DNA of 45,081 nucleotides from Candidatus Eiseniibacteriota bacterium (GTDB lineage Bacteria; Eisenbacteria; RBG-16-71-46): NCBI GenBank assembly GCA_044222065.1, contig JBGAOA010000035.1, positions 1 to 45,081 of the forward strand, read 5' to 3'. Shown piece by piece: positions 44,933 to 45,081 of this stretch (position 1 is its first letter; each line of letters starts with the position of its first letter). The notes under the pieces were generated by a model. It saw only the letters and a program-made list of their open reading frames with translations, ran no database searches and was not told where the DNA came from. The position numbers and the translations under genes were made by a program.

Positions 44933-45081
44933 TGAGCCGTCGCCTCGCCTCGCGCCGGGCGCCGGCGCGGTCGCGCCCGGGCGCCTGGCGCCTACCGCTT
45001 CCGCGATGCCTGGCAACCTGCGATTCCCGTCCTGCGTGAGAGGGACGGCGATCCTTCCCCTCGTACCCGCTCCCAGTCCCC

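Noticed and set aside
44952..44991. Imperfect inverted repeat after the MBL gene as a terminator
   Set aside because: Almost all G/C with bulges and no U-tract; could arise by chance at this GC content.
1..45081. CRISPR array, rRNA, tRNA, IS elements
   Set aside because: No regularly spaced repeats, RNA-gene signatures or transposase motifs were found by eye; intergenic spaces are short.

Overview
Very GC-rich window from a diderm bacterium. No rRNA, tRNA, CRISPR array, integrase or transposase was recognised. Left part (1-19.4 kb): partial GT-C-type glycosyltransferase, a CBM9/DUF5916-like outer-membrane protein, and a complete Kdp locus. kdpFABC is on the minus strand with a second small membrane peptide upstream of kdpF, kdpDE is divergent, and a perfect 11-bp tandem repeat lies between them. 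Next come a CPBP protease, a cytochrome b + Mo-oxidoreductase pair, a cysteine synthase-family enzyme, an OPT transporter and a MOSC protein. The main finding is a ~18.8 kb, tightly coupled nine-gene operon (19461-38223) in which every product has a signal-peptide-like N-terminus. It encodes six mutually related proteins of a family I cannot name (A-F), a coiled-coil protein with a central apolar hairpin (G), a degenerate glycoside-hydrolase-like + CARDB/Ig protein (H) and an Fn3-like + outer-membrane beta-barrel protein (I). A membrane Ser/Thr kinase and a TIGR02999-type ECF sigma factor follow immediately. I infer a hetero-oligomeric exported envelope machine, possibly a multi-component pore-forming system; this needs structure prediction to test. 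The right end holds a frameshifted lipoprotein gene (T7 run), an esterase and an MBL-fold hydrolase. All family calls come from motif recognition by eye, not database searches.
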